From Phoronis australis (taxonomy: Eukaryota; Animalia; Phoronida): a stretch of 64,000 nt of DNA. Positions 54,401 to 64,000 of the stretch are shown one piece after another (position 1 is the first letter of the stretch; each line of letters begins with the position of its first letter). Below the pieces are notes generated by a model. It was given only the letters and a program-made list of their open reading frames with translations, made no database searches and had not been told where the DNA came from. The DNA is taken from assembly GCA_002633005.1 (NCBI GenBank), contig NMRA01000424.1, positions 72,815-136,814 on the forward strand. The letters are read 5' to 3'. The position numbers were made by a program, and so were the translations under genes.

Positions 54401-56077
54401 ACGAGGCCTTTTGTGTTTGAAAAATCAAATAACCAATACTACAAGTCGACAGCAATTCGCTGTACGACTTTCTCCGCACATTTTGATCGACAAATACAAC
54501 AATATCAACAATTAAATATTTATTCCACGACAGACACCACAAGTGTCGGTCGAAATGAGTAAACAAACATTTACTATATTTTGTAGCCCAAAATCAACTG
54601 AATATCTGAATATAATTATACTCCTAATTATTCAAAGATTGGAACCCATTTTGTAAAACAATGACAATTCAATCAACCAGCGATGACGCAAAAATGACCC
54701 TATGAGGCCGTGAAAAACTACTAGCGACTGTCCCGAGCCGCGCGCGTGGGGTGGCGTCGTCTGCTCTTATTCGCAACACGAGATTGGTGCCCATTACACA
54801 AATCTCATGAAACCTGGCTTGTTGTCATACTGGGTGGCGAGGGACCAACCATGCTAAAATAATCAAGGTACAAACCTTTGCAGCTAAGGAATACGACATT
54901 GCACGAAAATACAGTCTGCTTCATACTTTGGAAACTCCTTTGCTGTACTTAATTGACTTCCGCGCTTCACCAGATACGTCCACATGGGCTAAAATATCTG
55001 ATTGAGTCTCGATGATGACTTCCGGCTTATAGAGCAATCAGATGTCTTAGCTCCTTGACAGAAAAGAAGCGTCGAATTCAATGAAGAGCAGCTAATATAT
55101 GTTCAACATGTGGCAAATTGCATTCCTTCGCCACCTATTGTACAACAAGAATTACTACAACATGTGACCTGCAATCTGTACCATAATCTCGACATAGCTT
55201 TTTCACTGCAGCAAAATAAACTTCCATTAAGCTTGGATAACAAGCAAACATTTCAGTTTCCACAATCACTTAAAGTGCCCGTGAACACATGGTTTACCCG
55301 ATCAGGCCTCGACAAGAAACTATAGTCAAGATCCTTAGTCTTACTGGAAACCTTTGCGCATCAAAATGATCATTTCAATTTTCTAAGAACAGAAAAAACG
55401 AAGACTAATTAGAGTCAGGGATACGAGAACGGTGCAGCAAGATTCATATGGTTTTGGCTGTAGTCTGATCATAGGCTGCTGTCCTTCATTCTGTTACCAA
55501 GAAGCAATAATAGCTTGCACATCTCAGTGCACAGTGGTACATATGTGATTATAATAAGGTGGATCCAGCCTTTAATGAACAGGAGGTCCAAGTAAAGCGA
55601 GAGGTTTTTGAAATTTCTATTTCACAACGAAGGAGTAAAAAACCAGTAAGAAACTGTTGTGCTGTCACCTAAGCAAAAAGCAGCCTTGCCATGTATTTTG
55701 TGTCCCGCTTAAGCTGAAAAGGGGTGTATTGACGCTCTAGACCCCTCCTCTATGTTACAAGTTGAGCGGTCACCACCTTGATTTTGCAGAAAAACGGTGG
55801 TCACGGGCACTCATACCCTTAGGCATTCCAGTCCACTGTGGAGCATTCACCATTGTGCACTACAGTGTACTTAACAGTAGCTTTGCTAAGAACTAAGCTG
55901 CGCATGACCGATTCAACAAAATTTCACTTACTACTGATGGCTTCATCAGAAAATTTTAAGAGATTCCCGCCATGTTATGCATTCTGGAGGCCTGCACGAA
56001 GAGTTTTCAGTTAACATGAGCAGCGTATTTTTCAAACCATGAAAATTTATCTAGTTCGTAGAAGATAAGTTGAAAAT
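51463..56077. repeat. Direct duplication 51463-53797 / 53799-56077 joined at n 53798 (haplotype overlap)
   Basis: Near-identical copies with SNPs and indels; n at the junction. Confidence 0.9.
51661..51919. mobile_element. MITE (CATGCGCGCAC family, reverse orientation); duplicate at 53997-54255
   Basis: TIR catgcgcgcac / gtgcgcgcatg; flanks ATACT / ATACC. Confidence 0.8.
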
Positions 56078-56408
56078 CATGAATGTATCAAAAAATAAAT
56101 GTAAATCATCAACAAATTAGCCAGTAATGTCCGCTTCGAAGGTTTGTTGACATCTCCATGAGAAAATAATCAGAATTCAATGTGCCACAATATGACTTGG
56201 ACAGATGCACGGCGTTGTCTTGACCATCAAACAACAAATCGGTGGATTGTTTAAGTCTTCATCCAAGGGACGCATCGATGTCACTCCAACTAATACAGAC
56301 TGAAATAATTTAATGTATCTCTCTAAAAGTTTGGTATCTACACTAAGGGCCAAGTACCCAGCAGACCGTCACGAAAGGTCACACAATAGCCAGTTTGAGA
56401 ACATCATC

Positions 56409-63949
<7,541 letters not shown>

Positions 63950-64000
63950 CTGCAATCCAAGCCAACATGGGTTAAGGTTATGTGATAGTTTACGAAAATG

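Overview
Eukaryotic (animal, probably marine lophotrochozoan-type invertebrate; inference) AT-rich genomic DNA with spliced genes, many non-autonomous DNA transposons and four uncollapsed haplotype overlaps, each joined at a single n. Four protein-coding genes were reconstructed by hand from GT-AG phase-compatible exons. (1) A C-type lectin (EPN/WND) with a truncated calcium-binding EGF module (+, 14292-18259). (2) A type I membrane protein with an IgGFc-binding N-terminal domain and an acidic DxDCDG metal-binding-like motif (+, 25401-38729). (3) A ~1763-aa predicted type III single-pass membrane protein whose very large cytoplasmic part has ~18 novel ~53-aa helical repeats and two segments resembling the dynein heavy-chain microtubule-binding domain (+, 43044-49543); this is the most unusual element in the window. 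(4) The 3' half of NSF (-, 56409 to beyond 63949). Also present are Academ-like transposon remnants, a decayed Gypsy-like LTR retrotransposon, three MITE families with 5-bp TSDs, mini/microsatellites and hairpins.
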